Source of the DNA: Treponematales bacterium
GTDB lineage: Bacteria > Spirochaetota > Spirochaetia > Treponematales > JBGSOB01
NCBI GenBank assembly: GCA_041739325.1
Contig: JBGSOB010000100.1
Location: 3,737-67,736, forward strand
Direction: 5' to 3'
Length of the DNA stretch: 64,000 nt
Of this stretch, positions 34,746-44,233 are shown one piece after another. Both the position numbers and the translations under genes were made by a program. Within the stretch, counting starts at the first letter, position 1, and the number at the start of each line of letters is the position of its first letter. A model generated the notes under the pieces. It saw nothing but the letters and a program-made list of their open reading frames with translations. It did not search any database and was not told the DNA's origin.

Positions 34746-37386
34746 ATTGCCCTAGTTCTAAAGGCGCAAGCCCTTCTTCTTCCGCCATGTAGGCCTCGAA
34801 TGCCTCTGGCGCCAGGGGCCTGGAAACAAGGTAACCCTGTATCTCGTCCGCTCCCCGCATGCGCAAGGCTTGAAGCTGGGTCTCGGTTTCAACGCCCTCG
34901 GCAACCGAGCTCAAGCCGTAGGCGCGGGCAAGCGCAATGATAGCCGTAACCGTTTCCCCGCCTGACATCCCATCTTCAATGCGATCAATGAATGCCTTGT
35001 CAATTTTAAGGCAGTCTATCGGCAATTGGTTGAGGTACTGTAGGGAAGAAAAACCAACCCCGAAATCGTCCACGGCAAATAGTATCCCCATCTGCCGCAG
35101 CTCCTCCATAGTCGCCACCACCCGGCGCTTGTCGCGCATAAAGAGAGACTCGGTTATCTCAAGTTTCAGGCAGGATGGCGGCAGGCCTGTCGTTTCCAGG
35201 GCGTCGCGCACGGTCTCCGCCAAACTGCCACGCTCAAATTGCCGGACTGAAACGTTGACCGACATCAAAAAGGGGCGGCCCTTACGTTGCCAAACCGCGC
35301 CCTGGCGGCAGGCCTCCATGATGGCCCAGCGCCCGATAGGCACGATAAGGCCGGTCTCCTCGGCGACATCGATAAAGCTTCCCGGCCCGAGGATCATGCC
35401 ATCCGGCGTGCGGCGCCTAATGAGGGCCTCGGCCCCGATTAAACCTGAGCATGAAGCGGGAATCGCCGCGCCTGCTGAAACTTGGGGCTGATAGTGCAGG
35501 ATAAATTCATCCAGCTGAAGGGCGCGACGCAATTGGACAGCTATATCCATCCGCAGGCGGCTGCGCTTATCGAAGTCTCCGGAGGCGTAGCGGAAACAAT
35601 TACGCCCCTCGTTTTTAGCATGATACATGGCGGACTCCGCCGCGCGGATCAAGCCTTGGCTATCGGTTCCGTCAAAGGGGAATATTGCTATGCCAATGCT
35701 GGCCGAAACGAATATCTCGTGGTCCCTGAGCAGATAGGGTTGATGCAGGATACGCAATAATTCATCAGCCAGCTCGCCAGAACCTTCTGAGCGCTCAAGC
35801 TCGTCGAGAATGATAGCAAACTCATCCCCGCCTAAGCGGCAGACGGAATCCACCTCTCGGCTGCGCTCGGTGATACGGTCCGCGACCAGGGCTAAGAGCT
35901 CGTCTCCGCAGAGGTGGCCATAACTTTCGTTCACCGCCTTAAAACCGTCTATGTCCAGATAAAGCAGGGCAAGGCGGGATGAATTACGACGCGCGTGTGA
36001 AACCGCGCATTCAAGCCTATCCAGGAAGAGATGGCGATTGGGCAGACCAGTCAGCGAATCGTAAAAGGCCAAACGGTTCATGCGGTCTTCTACCTGCTTA
36101 AGCCGACTGTTGTCTGAGGAGAGGCCAAGGTAGTATTGGGGTTTTCCGGAGCTATCACGGATAGTCCTGATATCCAACCACTTAGGGTAAACCGAGCCGT
36201 CCTTACGCCTGTCCCAGATTTCCCCACACCAGGAACCAATCGTCGTCAGGCTCTCCCACATCGCCGTATAAAAACCGGCCTCGTGCCGGTCCGATTTCAT
36301 GATGCGCGGATTTTGCCCTAAAAGTTCTTCCTTGGAAAAACCGGCCATCTTGCAGAGGGCGTCGTTTGCGTCAAGGATACTGCCCTCAAGATCGGTAATG
36401 ACCAAGCCTTCGCTTGAACCCTCCATGACGGAGCGATAGATGCCCGGCTCGGCGCTTTGCCGCAGAAGCTCAGCGCGGTTCCGCTGCAGGCCAGCTTCAG
36501 AGGTATTCGCCTGGCCGTACTCAAGCCGGCGCAGAAGTGCGCCGGCAAGGCCTGAGAACTCCCCAGGGGCCGCGCTCAAGGAGCGTAATTCCTCCAAGTG
36601 GGGGCCTTGCCCCATAACTTCCGAGGCTAGGGCCTGCTGTAAGGCTCCAAGCGGTAGGTAAAGGCCCCGATTTAAAATGAAGCTCAAGCCAAGGAACAGA
36701 AATATTGCCGCTGAAAGGATGACGATAGACAAGGAGCTTAGGCGGCTGAGCCGCAATTTTAGGTTCAAAGCAGGAGACGGTGCGCTTAGGATGATTGCCG
36801 GGGTGCCGAGGGCATTGGGCAGAACTAGGCGGGGGCGGAGACTAGCGATGAGGGTGGAGGAGAAGCTGGGGGAATCGGCCCCGAGGACGGAAACGCTCAA
36901 GCCCGACCTGCGTGAAAGCTCATGAATGAAGGGCTCATCGAGGGAAAACACGAGGAGGGCAACGGGAAAGGGAAAATCTGCCTTTACCCGCGATATGGCA
37001 ACTAGGCGCGGTGCCCCTCCGATGACATGGTAGAAAGTCCCGGGATCGTGGTCGCGGAGCTCTTCAAGGGCTTGCTTGTCAACATCGCCATTACCCCAAC
37101 TTTCCAGCAGTTGTCCTTGCGAGTCGTAGCGGGCGCCCATAACGGGGAGCAGGGACATCGGACTAAGGGTTTTTCCAGAGCTGCCCAATTCCGCGGAGAG
37201 CATGAAGCACTCCCGCTCCAAAGATGCCAAAGCCTGTCCTATACGCGCCTCATCCCCTTCCAAGAGTTTCTCTTTTACCGGATCAATACCCAAATTCCAG
37301 AGAGCGGCGATAAGAAAAAAGAGGGATAGAGCGTGGAGTATGACGGCGAGAACAAGCTTGCTAGAAAGTCTGTGTCGATATTCCAT
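34744..37386 (-). CDS. Membrane sensor protein, PAS-GGDEF-EAL
   Basis: N-terminal TM/periplasmic region, a PAS domain (...LVITDLEGSILDANDALCKMAGFSKEELLGQNPRIMKS...), an intact GGDEF (RLGGDEFAI), and an EAL domain (EALIRR, EITES, DDFGVGFSSLQYL). Confidence 0.9.
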   Translation of the reverse strand: MEYRHRLSSKLVLAVILHALSLFFLIAALWNLGIDPVKEKLLEGDEARIGQALASLERECFMLSAELGSSGKTLSPMSLLPVMGARYDSQGQLLESWGNGDVDKQALEELRDHDPGTFYHVIGGAPRLVAISRVKADFPFPVALLVFSLDEPFIHELSRRSGLSVSVLGADSPSFSSTLIASLRPRLVLPNALGTPAIILSAPSPALNLKLRLSRLSSLSIVILSAAIFLFLGLSFILNRGLYLPLGALQQALASEVMGQGPHLEELRSLSAAPGEFSGLAGALLRRLEYGQANTSEAGLQRNRAELLRQSAEPGIYRSVMEGSSEGLVITDLEGSILDANDALCKMAGFSKEELLGQNPRIMKSDRHEAGFYTAMWESLTTIGSWCGEIWDRRKDGSVYPKWLDIRTIRDSSGKPQYYLGLSSDNSRLKQVEDRMNRLAFYDSLTGLPNRHLFLDRLECAVSHARRNSSRLALLYLDIDGFKAVNESYGHLCGDELLALVADRITERSREVDSVCRLGGDEFAIILDELERSEGSGELADELLRILHQPYLLRDHEIFVSASIGIAIFPFDGTDSQGLIRAAESAMYHAKNEGRNCFRYASGDFDKRSRLRMDIAVQLRRALQLDEFILHYQPQVSAGAAIPASCSGLIGAEALIRRRTPDGMILGPGSFIDVAEETGLIVPIGRWAIMEACRQGAVWQRKGRPFLMSVNVSVRQFERGSLAETVRDALETTGLPPSCLKLEITESLFMRDKRRVVATMEELRQMGILFAVDDFGVGFSSLQYLNQLPIDCLKIDKAFIDRIEDGMSGGETVTAIIALARAYGLSSVAEGVETETQLQALRMRGADEIQGYLVSRPLAPEAFEAYMAEEEGLAPLELGQ

Positions 37387-37482
37387 GATGTTTTCAAGGA
37401 AAGTCTAGACCAGCTTTGAGGGGAAATCCAGGGCAGAAAGAAAAAAAGGGAAACCTCCTTGGCCTGGTTCATCCAACAAAAA

Positions 37483-39060
37483 TCACTCGCGGCGACGGAA
37501 AAGCTTGAAATCTATGCCGTACTTCTTTGCCCGTATCCCTATCACCCGCTCGGTCAAACCAAGGATACGTGCAGAACGGGCCAATTTTCCGCCGGTCTGT
37601 TTGAGGGCTTCCACGATCATTTCGTACTCCATGGCGCAGAGGCGTTGATCCAGGCCAGCGCCGGAATCCTTGGCAGCCGCGCCGCGCAAATGGGGTTCCG
37701 CTATCTGCAAGGAAGGCGGCAGGTGGTAACCGTGGATGGTATCGTCCTCGCTCAAGATAACCGCCCTTTCAATGGCATTCTCTAGCTCGCGGATATTACC
37801 CGGCCAATGGTAGGCCATGAGCATGTCGATAGCCGGCGTTGATATGCGCCGCACGGATTTTCCATTCTGCCTGTTAAAGCGCTCAATGAAAAAATCTGCC
37901 AAAAGTATGATGTCTGATTTTCGCTCGCGCAGAGGCGGCACGGTTATGGGGAAGACATTGAGGCGGTAGAAGAGATCTTCCCTAAACTCTCCGAGGCGCA
38001 CGCGCTCCGTGAGGTCCTTATTGGTAGCGGCTATCATGCGGCAACCGGCCTTCAGTGTCTGGCTACCGCCTACCCGCTCATATTCACGTTCCTGAAGAAC
38101 GCGCAACAGCTTAGCCTGGGTATTGAGGCTCAGCTCCCCGATTTCGTCCAAAAAGATGCTGCCGTCGCCGGCAAGCTCGAAACGACCTTTGCGTTCTCTG
38201 ATAGCGCCGGTAAATGCCCCGCGCTCATGACCGAAGAGCTCAGATTCGATGATCGATTCCGAAAGGGCGGCGCAATTGAGTTTGACGAAGGGCTTCCCGC
38301 GTCTTTTGCTGGATTCGTGAATGGCCTGGGCCAGCAAGCCCTTGCCCACCCCGCTTTCACCAAGGATGAGGACGGTGGCGTCCGTAACCGCGATCTTGGA
38401 CGCAAGCTGGTTTAAGGCATGGATAAGCTTTGAGTTGCCGACCATGGCGCTTAAAGCCGGTTTGTCCCCCAGCCGCTGGTGAAGGTTGTCGTTTTCCTCG
38501 CGCAGGATCTGGAGCTCCTCTTCCTGGGCTTGGGAGCGCTGTACGGCATGAAAGAGAATGGAGCCGGCGATGGAGAGAATGCGCTTGCGCTCTGCCAAAG
38601 CAGACATATCCATACGCTCCGAATAGGCGCTTAGCGCGCCAATAACCTCGGGTCCGGCTTTGATAGGTACGCAAAGAAAGGAATAGCCGCTCCCCTCACG
38701 CCCACGGAAACCGGTGCGGTTTAAAAAGCGGGAATCATCTCCTATATCCTCTACGATGATAGCCTCGCCGGAATCTATCACCCGGCCAATGATACCCTCG
38801 CCGAGTGAGTACACCCCGCGGTCCTTTTCCTCATCCGATACCCCACAGGCCTCCTTGATGGTAATGCGCCCGCTCTTGCGATTGAAGATAGTGATGATGG
38901 AGCGTGGGAATCCAAGGGCGTCGTTAAGACGGCGCAGCACCCGCCCAATCCCATTGCCGATATGGGATTCGTCTAGCACGATTCCGCTTAAGTCGGCAAC
39001 AAGGTCAAGGTAATCCGTTTCCTGGGTGGGAACCGGCGCATTGCTTAATGTTGTATCCAT
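37483..39060 (-). CDS. nifA: NifA-like sigma54-dependent transcriptional activator (GAF, AAA+, Fis-type HTH)
   Basis: GAF N-domain. AAA+ core with GESGVGKG (Walker A), the GAFTGA loop in ERGAFTGA, and DEIGEL. C-terminal HTH ARILGLTERVIGIRAKKYGI. The gene overlaps the nifV 3' end by 16 nt. The symbol is assigned from nif context. Confidence 0.75.
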   Translation of the reverse strand: MDTTLSNAPVPTQETDYLDLVADLSGIVLDESHIGNGIGRVLRRLNDALGFPRSIITIFNRKSGRITIKEACGVSDEEKDRGVYSLGEGIIGRVIDSGEAIIVEDIGDDSRFLNRTGFRGREGSGYSFLCVPIKAGPEVIGALSAYSERMDMSALAERKRILSIAGSILFHAVQRSQAQEEELQILREENDNLHQRLGDKPALSAMVGNSKLIHALNQLASKIAVTDATVLILGESGVGKGLLAQAIHESSKRRGKPFVKLNCAALSESIIESELFGHERGAFTGAIRERKGRFELAGDGSIFLDEIGELSLNTQAKLLRVLQEREYERVGGSQTLKAGCRMIAATNKDLTERVRLGEFREDLFYRLNVFPITVPPLRERKSDIILLADFFIERFNRQNGKSVRRISTPAIDMLMAYHWPGNIRELENAIERAVILSEDDTIHGYHLPPSLQIAEPHLRGAAAKDSGAGLDQRLCAMEYEMIVEALKQTGGKLARSARILGLTERVIGIRAKKYGIDFKLFRRRE

Positions 39061-40205
39061 GAAATCAGCCCCCCCTCATCGTCGATCATTTTTTCGCCCT
39101 GGGTTTTCATGCTTTGGCTTAGCCTTAGCAGATCTGCCCGCTCCAGCGGCCTACCCCGCGCCAGAGCCTCACGGCCAAGCCGCCTTGCCAATTCCTCCAA
39201 GGCCTGCCTGCCAAGGCGAATTCCCTCTCGGGCAAGGATAGTGCCTAAAGCGGCCGCCCCGCTTTGCGGGCCAAAGAGTATGCGCGGCGGATCCAGCCCC
39301 AAGTCCTGTGGGCGGCAAAATTGATAACTGAGGGGGTCTTGGGCCAAGCCGCTCACGTGGAGGCCGGATTCATGGGCAAAGGCATACTCACCCAAGAGCG
39401 GTTGCCTGGCTGGGATGGCCTCGCCGAGCATTGAACGCAGGCGCCGGGAGAGGGCTAGAACGCTCTTGATATCCACGTTGCCAAAATCAGCCCCCGACTG
39501 TCTCAGTGCAACCAGCAACTCCTCCCAGCATGCGTTGCCCGAGCGTTCGCCTAGGCCGGCTAGGGTGCCGCTTAAGGCGCCAAAGCCTGAAAGGGCGGCG
39601 GTATGCGCGTTGGCCGACGCCATTCCCAGATCGTTGTGGGCGTGGAACTCCAGCTTGGCAAGGTAGGGCCGGAAGCGACGCGCCCATGCGATAAGGGACG
39701 TGGGAGTGGCTATGCCCACGGTATCGGCCAGGCGCAAACGAGAGGCCCCCGCTTTGAAGGCTTCGCGCATAAAGGATAAAAGAAGGTCATCAGGGCAACG
39801 CGTCGCGTCCATCAGCCCCAAAGAGACAAAGTCAAAACGTTCGCGCGCCCAGCCCAGGCATGTAAAGAGGGCATCTTCCATATCGGAGCGATCCCGGCCT
39901 AAAACGGCAAGCTGACGATCGGAAAGGCCGGCGGAAATGTGAAGAGCGGCGCTTTCCGTGCGGGCCGCGGCTTCAAGATCTTCCATGCGCGCCCGGCACC
40001 AGGAGGTTACGCGCAAGCCGGATCGGCGCAAGGAGGATATAAACTCAATATCCTGACTACCACGGGCGGGTATGCCGGCTTCAATTTCACAAAAACCGCA
40101 GGCAATGAGGGCTTCGGCAAGATCTCTGCGTTGTCGCGCGTCTAAAAGCGCGTTGGGGGCTTGGAGGCCGTCGCGCAGGGTCGTATCATTGAGTATTACC
40201 GCCAT
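39045..40205 (-). CDS. nifV: Homocitrate synthase
   Basis: MAVILNDTTLRDGLQAPN... is a DRE-TIM metallolyase fold (HAHNDLGMASANA) in a nif cluster context. Confidence 0.85.
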   Translation of the reverse strand: MAVILNDTTLRDGLQAPNALLDARQRRDLAEALIACGFCEIEAGIPARGSQDIEFISSLRRSGLRVTSWCRARMEDLEAAARTESAALHISAGLSDRQLAVLGRDRSDMEDALFTCLGWARERFDFVSLGLMDATRCPDDLLLSFMREAFKAGASRLRLADTVGIATPTSLIAWARRFRPYLAKLEFHAHNDLGMASANAHTAALSGFGALSGTLAGLGERSGNACWEELLVALRQSGADFGNVDIKSVLALSRRLRSMLGEAIPARQPLLGEYAFAHESGLHVSGLAQDPLSYQFCRPQDLGLDPPRILFGPQSGAAALGTILAREGIRLGRQALEELARRLGREALARGRPLERADLLRLSQSMKTQGEKMIDDEGGLISWIQH

Positions 40206-40855
40206 AGGCCCTCCCCGGCCGTCACCCGGCCCTGCTCAAGGCAAAGCACGGCTTCGGTAAGCTCAAGTAAATCGCGCTCAGCGTGGCTGACTAAGATGAT
40301 GGGTATGTCCCAGCGCTCCCGCAGAATTTTAATATAGGCCGCCATGCGCGCCCGGGACGTTCTGTCTTGGGACGCAAAGGGCTCATCTAAAAGAAGAAGC
40401 TGGGGGCCTGCCATGAGGGCCCGGGCTAGGGCCACGCGTTGCCGCTCACCCCCGGAAAGGCGGGCGGCCGGGCTTCGCAAAAGAGGCGCTAAGCGAAAGG
40501 CTTCGACAATTTCCTCATAGCGCCTCTGCCCTTCCTGCGCGCCAAAAAAAAGGGGCGCATAGCGGATATTTCGCTCAACGCTCATCCAGGGAAAGAGCCG
40601 GCCCTCCTGGAATACCAAGCCGACGCGTCTTTTATGCGCCCTCACGTTGACGCCTTTTTCAGAGTCGAACAGCAGCCGGCCGTCCAATACGATTCTGCCC
40701 GCCTCCGGGCGGACGAGCCCCGCGAGGCTTTGCATAAGGGTCGATTTCCCCGAGCCGGTTGAACCGGCTATGCCAAAGGCCCCGCCCTCGAAGCTGAAAT
40801 CAAGGTCTAGGTCAAAGCGGCCACGAGAAAGCTTTACGCGCGCATCAAGTTTCAT
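40196..40855 (-). CDS. modC: Molybdate ABC transporter ATP-binding protein (short form, no C-terminal TOBE domain)
   Basis: Walker A GSTGSGKST, signature LSGGERQRV, Walker B LLLLDEP. The gene overlaps modB by 4 nt and nifV by 10 nt. Confidence 0.8.
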   Translation of the reverse strand: MKLDARVKLSRGRFDLDLDFSFEGGAFGIAGSTGSGKSTLMQSLAGLVRPEAGRIVLDGRLLFDSEKGVNVRAHKRRVGLVFQEGRLFPWMSVERNIRYAPLFFGAQEGQRRYEEIVEAFRLAPLLRSPAARLSGGERQRVALARALMAGPQLLLLDEPFASQDRTSRARMAAYIKILRERWDIPIILVSHAERDLLELTEAVLCLEQGRVTAGEGLWR

Positions 40856-41559
40856 GGGGCAGCCTCCGCAGAAACCTTTCTGTTTTTTCCCCAGCCGAGG
40901 GCTATTTCAGAAACAAAGACGGCAGCGAAGGCGATGGCGGCGGAAAGGAGGGTGAGGCGCAGGGCCTGGGCGTCGCCGCCGGGGCTCTGCATCGCGGTAT
41001 AGATTGCCAAAGGGAGGGTGCGGGTTTTAGCTCCGATATTTCCGGCAAAGCTAATCGTAGCGCCGAATTCCCCCAGAGCGCGGGCAAAGCAGAGGACGCC
41101 CCCCCCTATCAGTCCCGGCAGGGCTCGGGGCAGGCTGATACGCAAGAAGCTAGCCGCAGGACCACGGCCCAAAACAAGCGACGCTTCCTCAAGACTCCCG
41201 TCCGAGAGGGCAAAGGCGGCGCGAGCCGAGCGTGCAAAAAAGGGAAAAGACACGATGAGCGATGCTAAGAGGACCGCGCCCTCGGTAAAGGGGAGGCTGA
41301 CATGAAAGGCCTTTAAAAGAAAGGCTCCCAGCGGGCCGCGCCGACCAAAAAGGAGGAGGAGGATATAGCCGGTTACTACCGGCGGCAGGACTATCGGCAG
41401 ACTGAGGAAGGGTTCGAAAAGCCAGGCCGTCTTTCTTCCGCCCCGTGCTAGAAACCAACCTAGCGCGATGGCCGGCGGGGCGTTCAGGCATACCGCGAAG
41501 GCAGCCGTTCTTAAGGAAAGGAGGAGGGCGCCCAGGTCCTCAGCTGAGATCTGGTTCAT
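40852..41559 (-). CDS. modB: Molybdate ABC transporter permease
   Basis: Polytopic protein with the EAA-loop-like LEEASLVLGRGPAASFLRISLP, in ModA/ModC context. Confidence 0.8.
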   Translation of the reverse strand: MNQISAEDLGALLLSLRTAAFAVCLNAPPAIALGWFLARGGRKTAWLFEPFLSLPIVLPPVVTGYILLLLFGRRGPLGAFLLKAFHVSLPFTEGAVLLASLIVSFPFFARSARAAFALSDGSLEEASLVLGRGPAASFLRISLPRALPGLIGGGVLCFARALGEFGATISFAGNIGAKTRTLPLAIYTAMQSPGGDAQALRLTLLSAAIAFAAVFVSEIALGWGKNRKVSAEAAP

Positions 41560-42371
41560 AGCCCCTTCTTTGTCTGAGGCTCGGGGGCCATTTCCAGGCC
41601 ATAGTCCTTGGCTATAGAGCGGCCCTTTTCTCCAAAGGCGAATTCGAGAAGGGCCTTTGCTTCCTCCGTCTTGCCAGAAGCGCGAATAGGAAGGGCAGTA
41701 AAAAGGATGGGCTCGTGAAGCCCATCTTCAAAATCATAGGCGGCATATAAGCCTGCACGCCCAAGAAGATCGCTTTGATACACGAAGGCGCTATCGGCCT
41801 CTCCCGATATGAGGGTTTGCATGGCAGAGCGCACGTCGGCGCAAAGGATAAGCCTCTGCTCAAGCTTGCCCTTCCAACCCAGATTCTCAATGACCTGGTA
41901 GGCATAAAGACCTGCCGGCACGAAGGCTGGATCGCCAAGGGCGATTTTACCGGGAAAGATTCCTTCGAGCTGATTGGCAACTGATCTGCTGAGGGTTTTC
42001 ATAGGGGCTGACGAAGCTCCTACCCTTTCCGCTATGACAAGGCGATTTATGAAGATGGGACGAACATCGCTAGCTTGCGATAGCCCCTTGGATACGAGGT
42101 AATTCGTCCATTGGGGATGGGCCGATAGAAAGAGGGCCGCGACTGGGGCTTGCTCAAGCTGTTTTGCCAGAGTCCCACTGGGGCCGAAATTCCAGAGGAG
42201 CTTGATTCTCGGTTGATCCTTTTCATAGGCGAGGGTCAAAGCCTGTGCGTAATCTTTAAGGGCTGCCCCAGCGAATATTAAAACCTCTTGCCTAGCCTTT
42301 GATTGGCTGGAGAGATCAAGAGAGCTAAGAAGTAAAAAAACAATGGTGATTCTGCGGATAGTGCTAATCAT
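41556..42371 (-). CDS. modA: Molybdate ABC transporter periplasmic binding protein
   Basis: Signal sequence, then VLIFAGAALKD...NFGPSGTLAKQLEQ..., typical of ModA. ATG at 42371 is preceded by GGAGG with 5-nt spacing. Confidence 0.8.
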   Translation of the reverse strand: MISTIRRITIVFLLLSSLDLSSQSKARQEVLIFAGAALKDYAQALTLAYEKDQPRIKLLWNFGPSGTLAKQLEQAPVAALFLSAHPQWTNYLVSKGLSQASDVRPIFINRLVIAERVGASSAPMKTLSRSVANQLEGIFPGKIALGDPAFVPAGLYAYQVIENLGWKGKLEQRLILCADVRSAMQTLISGEADSAFVYQSDLLGRAGLYAAYDFEDGLHEPILFTALPIRASGKTEEAKALLEFAFGEKGRSIAKDYGLEMAPEPQTKKGL

Positions 42372-42391
42372 GAGAACCTCCATGTACCTAA

Positions 42392-42408
42392 TGCAAAGAA
42401 CGTGCCAG
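42392..42408 (-). promoter_or_regulatory. Sigma54 (-24/-12) promoter of modABC-nifV-nifA
   Basis: The minus strand reads TGGCAC-GTTCT-TTGCAT (complement of 42391-42407), an exact match to TGGCAC-N5-TTGC. Confidence 0.8.
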
Positions 42409-42652
42409 GTAGCGGAAGAAAATACTGAAACCCCGCATTAAATCTTAAACCTTTATTTTATCATAGTTTTACATGATTTTTTTCCCTGACGAGGCAGAGT
42501 AAGACAAAGCCTAGCCAAGATCTTTAGGACTATGCTTAATTTTTATCGACTTTATGCTTATTTACCGACCACCACTGGCTAATTAATAAACATTTTTTCA
42601 AAACATTGCCGCTAAAGAGATGGGAGGAGACCAAGACCATCCCACCCATTCT

Positions 42653-42958
42653 TTAGATAAGGTAGTCCTGGGCCGCCTCACCCTTTTCCAGGGCGTCGAG
42701 AATGACATCGATATCATCCTCAGTGCCAACCCTGCCGTACCACCAATTTTCAGGGTAAACGACCATGGCCGGGCCGCGGTCGCAGACCTTAAGACAGCCT
42801 GTCATTGAAACGACTACCCCATCCATGCCCCGGTCTCCCAGCTCGGATTCAAGGTAGCCGACGAGGCCGCTCGATCCCTTTTTATGACAGATGCCCTGCG
42901 GCTCGCCCGAACTGCGAAAACTTCCGCAAACTAGGATGTGGTGTTTCGGTTTGTCCAT
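42653..42958 (-). CDS. Thioredoxin-like [2Fe-2S] ferredoxin
   Basis: ATG at 42958 is preceded by AAGGGGGAAG. MDKPKHHILVCGSFRSSGEPQGICHKKGS...MTGCLKVCDRGPAMVVYP carries four Cys in the pattern of Clostridium/Aquifex-type 2Fe-2S ferredoxins. It is the last gene of the nifH operon. Confidence 0.75.
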   Translation of the reverse strand: MDKPKHHILVCGSFRSSGEPQGICHKKGSSGLVGYLESELGDRGMDGVVVSMTGCLKVCDRGPAMVVYPENWWYGRVGTEDDIDVILDALEKGEAAQDYLI

Positions 42959-42968
42959 TGCTTCCCCC

Positions 42969-44222
42969 TTAAGAATTACAGCCGCCGCCGGCTCCGTTGC
43001 ATACGCCAGCGACGCGCTTTTGCATATAGTGAAGGTCGGTCCCGGAGAACAAGGCATCCAGGGCCTCCTGTATCACCCCTTCCACGCAAACAGTTTCAAT
43101 CCCGCCTTCCTTGAGGGCCCGGAGCGGCTTTTCGCCAATGCTGGAAACAAGGACATGGGAACAATCGGAGAGAAGGTCGGTCAATTTCTCCCAGCGCGCC
43201 TGGTCCCCCGCGGGGGGAGCCTCCCTGGTTTCAAGAAAGGCAAATCCCTCGCTTGAGCGGCGGTAGATAAGGAATTCGCGAGCCTCTCCCAGATGGAGGT
43301 TGATCATCACCCCTTCCCGGCTTGCCAGGGCAAGGCAATCACGCTGTGGCCCGGCTATGACAGGACCACGCGCGGCTTGCGCCAAAAGATCGGTGACCCC
43401 ATTGTCATTGCTTTCCGACAAAAGCCCGGCCGCGTCGGCGCGGCAGCGGCGGCAATGGCTCATTTGCTTGACATAGGCGGCCGCTTCCGAACGCAGGCCC
43501 CGCATCAGCTCCGCCGACGGCTCGCTATAAGCCTCAAAGTTCGAACCGGGCACCGGGATGAGGGCCATGCAGTTCATGTAGTCGACGCCCCACTGTTTTG
43601 CCTTTTGAGCGATCTGCAAAACATGATCATCATTGAGCCCTGGAACGACGACGGTGTTCACCTTAACCACAATGCCCTTTGCCTTTAGAGCAAGGATGGA
43701 TTTTTCCTGACGTTCAAGAAGGGCCTCTGCCGCCTCCAGCCCGGTAAAACGATAGGGACCGACGCGCATCCAGGCATACATATCCTTACCGATCTCCGGG
43801 TCTACCGCGTTCACCGTCAGGGTGACGTGTGATACCTGAAGGCGGGCAAGATCGTCGACGAAGGGCAGGAGGTTCAGGCCGTTTGTGGCTACGCAGAGGA
43901 GGATGTCCGGATACTTTTCCCGCACGAGGGAGAGGGTCTCCATCGTCTTGTCCGGATTGGCAAAGGGGTCGCCAGGCCCGGCTATGCCGACGACGCTCAC
44001 CGGCATCTTTTCCATCACCTTGCCCAGATACGTGAGGGCCTGGAAGGGAGAGAGGATGCTGCTGGTGACGCCGGGGCGGCTTTCGTTGACGCAATCGTAG
44101 GCGCGGTTGCAATAGCCGCATTGCATGTTGCAAGCCGGGGCTACCGGCAGGTGGACCCGAGCGCTGGTGGCGCAGGCGCCGGGATTAAAACAAGGATGGC
44201 TATCGGGGTTCAGCATACTCAC
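42969..44222 (-). CDS. nifB: FeMo-cofactor biosynthesis radical-SAM protein NifB (with C-terminal NifX-like domain)
   Basis: HPCFNPGA...LPVAPACNMQCGYCNR radical-SAM cluster motif, and a C-terminal NifX/NafY-like domain. Confidence 0.92.
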   Translation of the reverse strand: MSMLNPDSHPCFNPGACATSARVHLPVAPACNMQCGYCNRAYDCVNESRPGVTSSILSPFQALTYLGKVMEKMPVSVVGIAGPGDPFANPDKTMETLSLVREKYPDILLCVATNGLNLLPFVDDLARLQVSHVTLTVNAVDPEIGKDMYAWMRVGPYRFTGLEAAEALLERQEKSILALKAKGIVVKVNTVVVPGLNDDHVLQIAQKAKQWGVDYMNCMALIPVPGSNFEAYSEPSAELMRGLRSEAAAYVKQMSHCRRCRADAAGLLSESNDNGVTDLLAQAARGPVIAGPQRDCLALASREGVMINLHLGEAREFLIYRRSSEGFAFLETREAPPAGDQARWEKLTDLLSDCSHVLVSSIGEKPLRALKEGGIETVCVEGVIQEALDALFSGTDLHYMQKRVAGVCNGAGGGCNS

Positions 44223-44233
44223 TCCTTCTGGCG

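Noticed and set aside
42384-42652. Moco riboswitch or small RNA upstream of modA.
   Set aside because: The region is AT-rich and lacks the GC-rich conserved helices of the Moco element. A sigma54 promoter directly abutting the start codon leaves no room for a leader.
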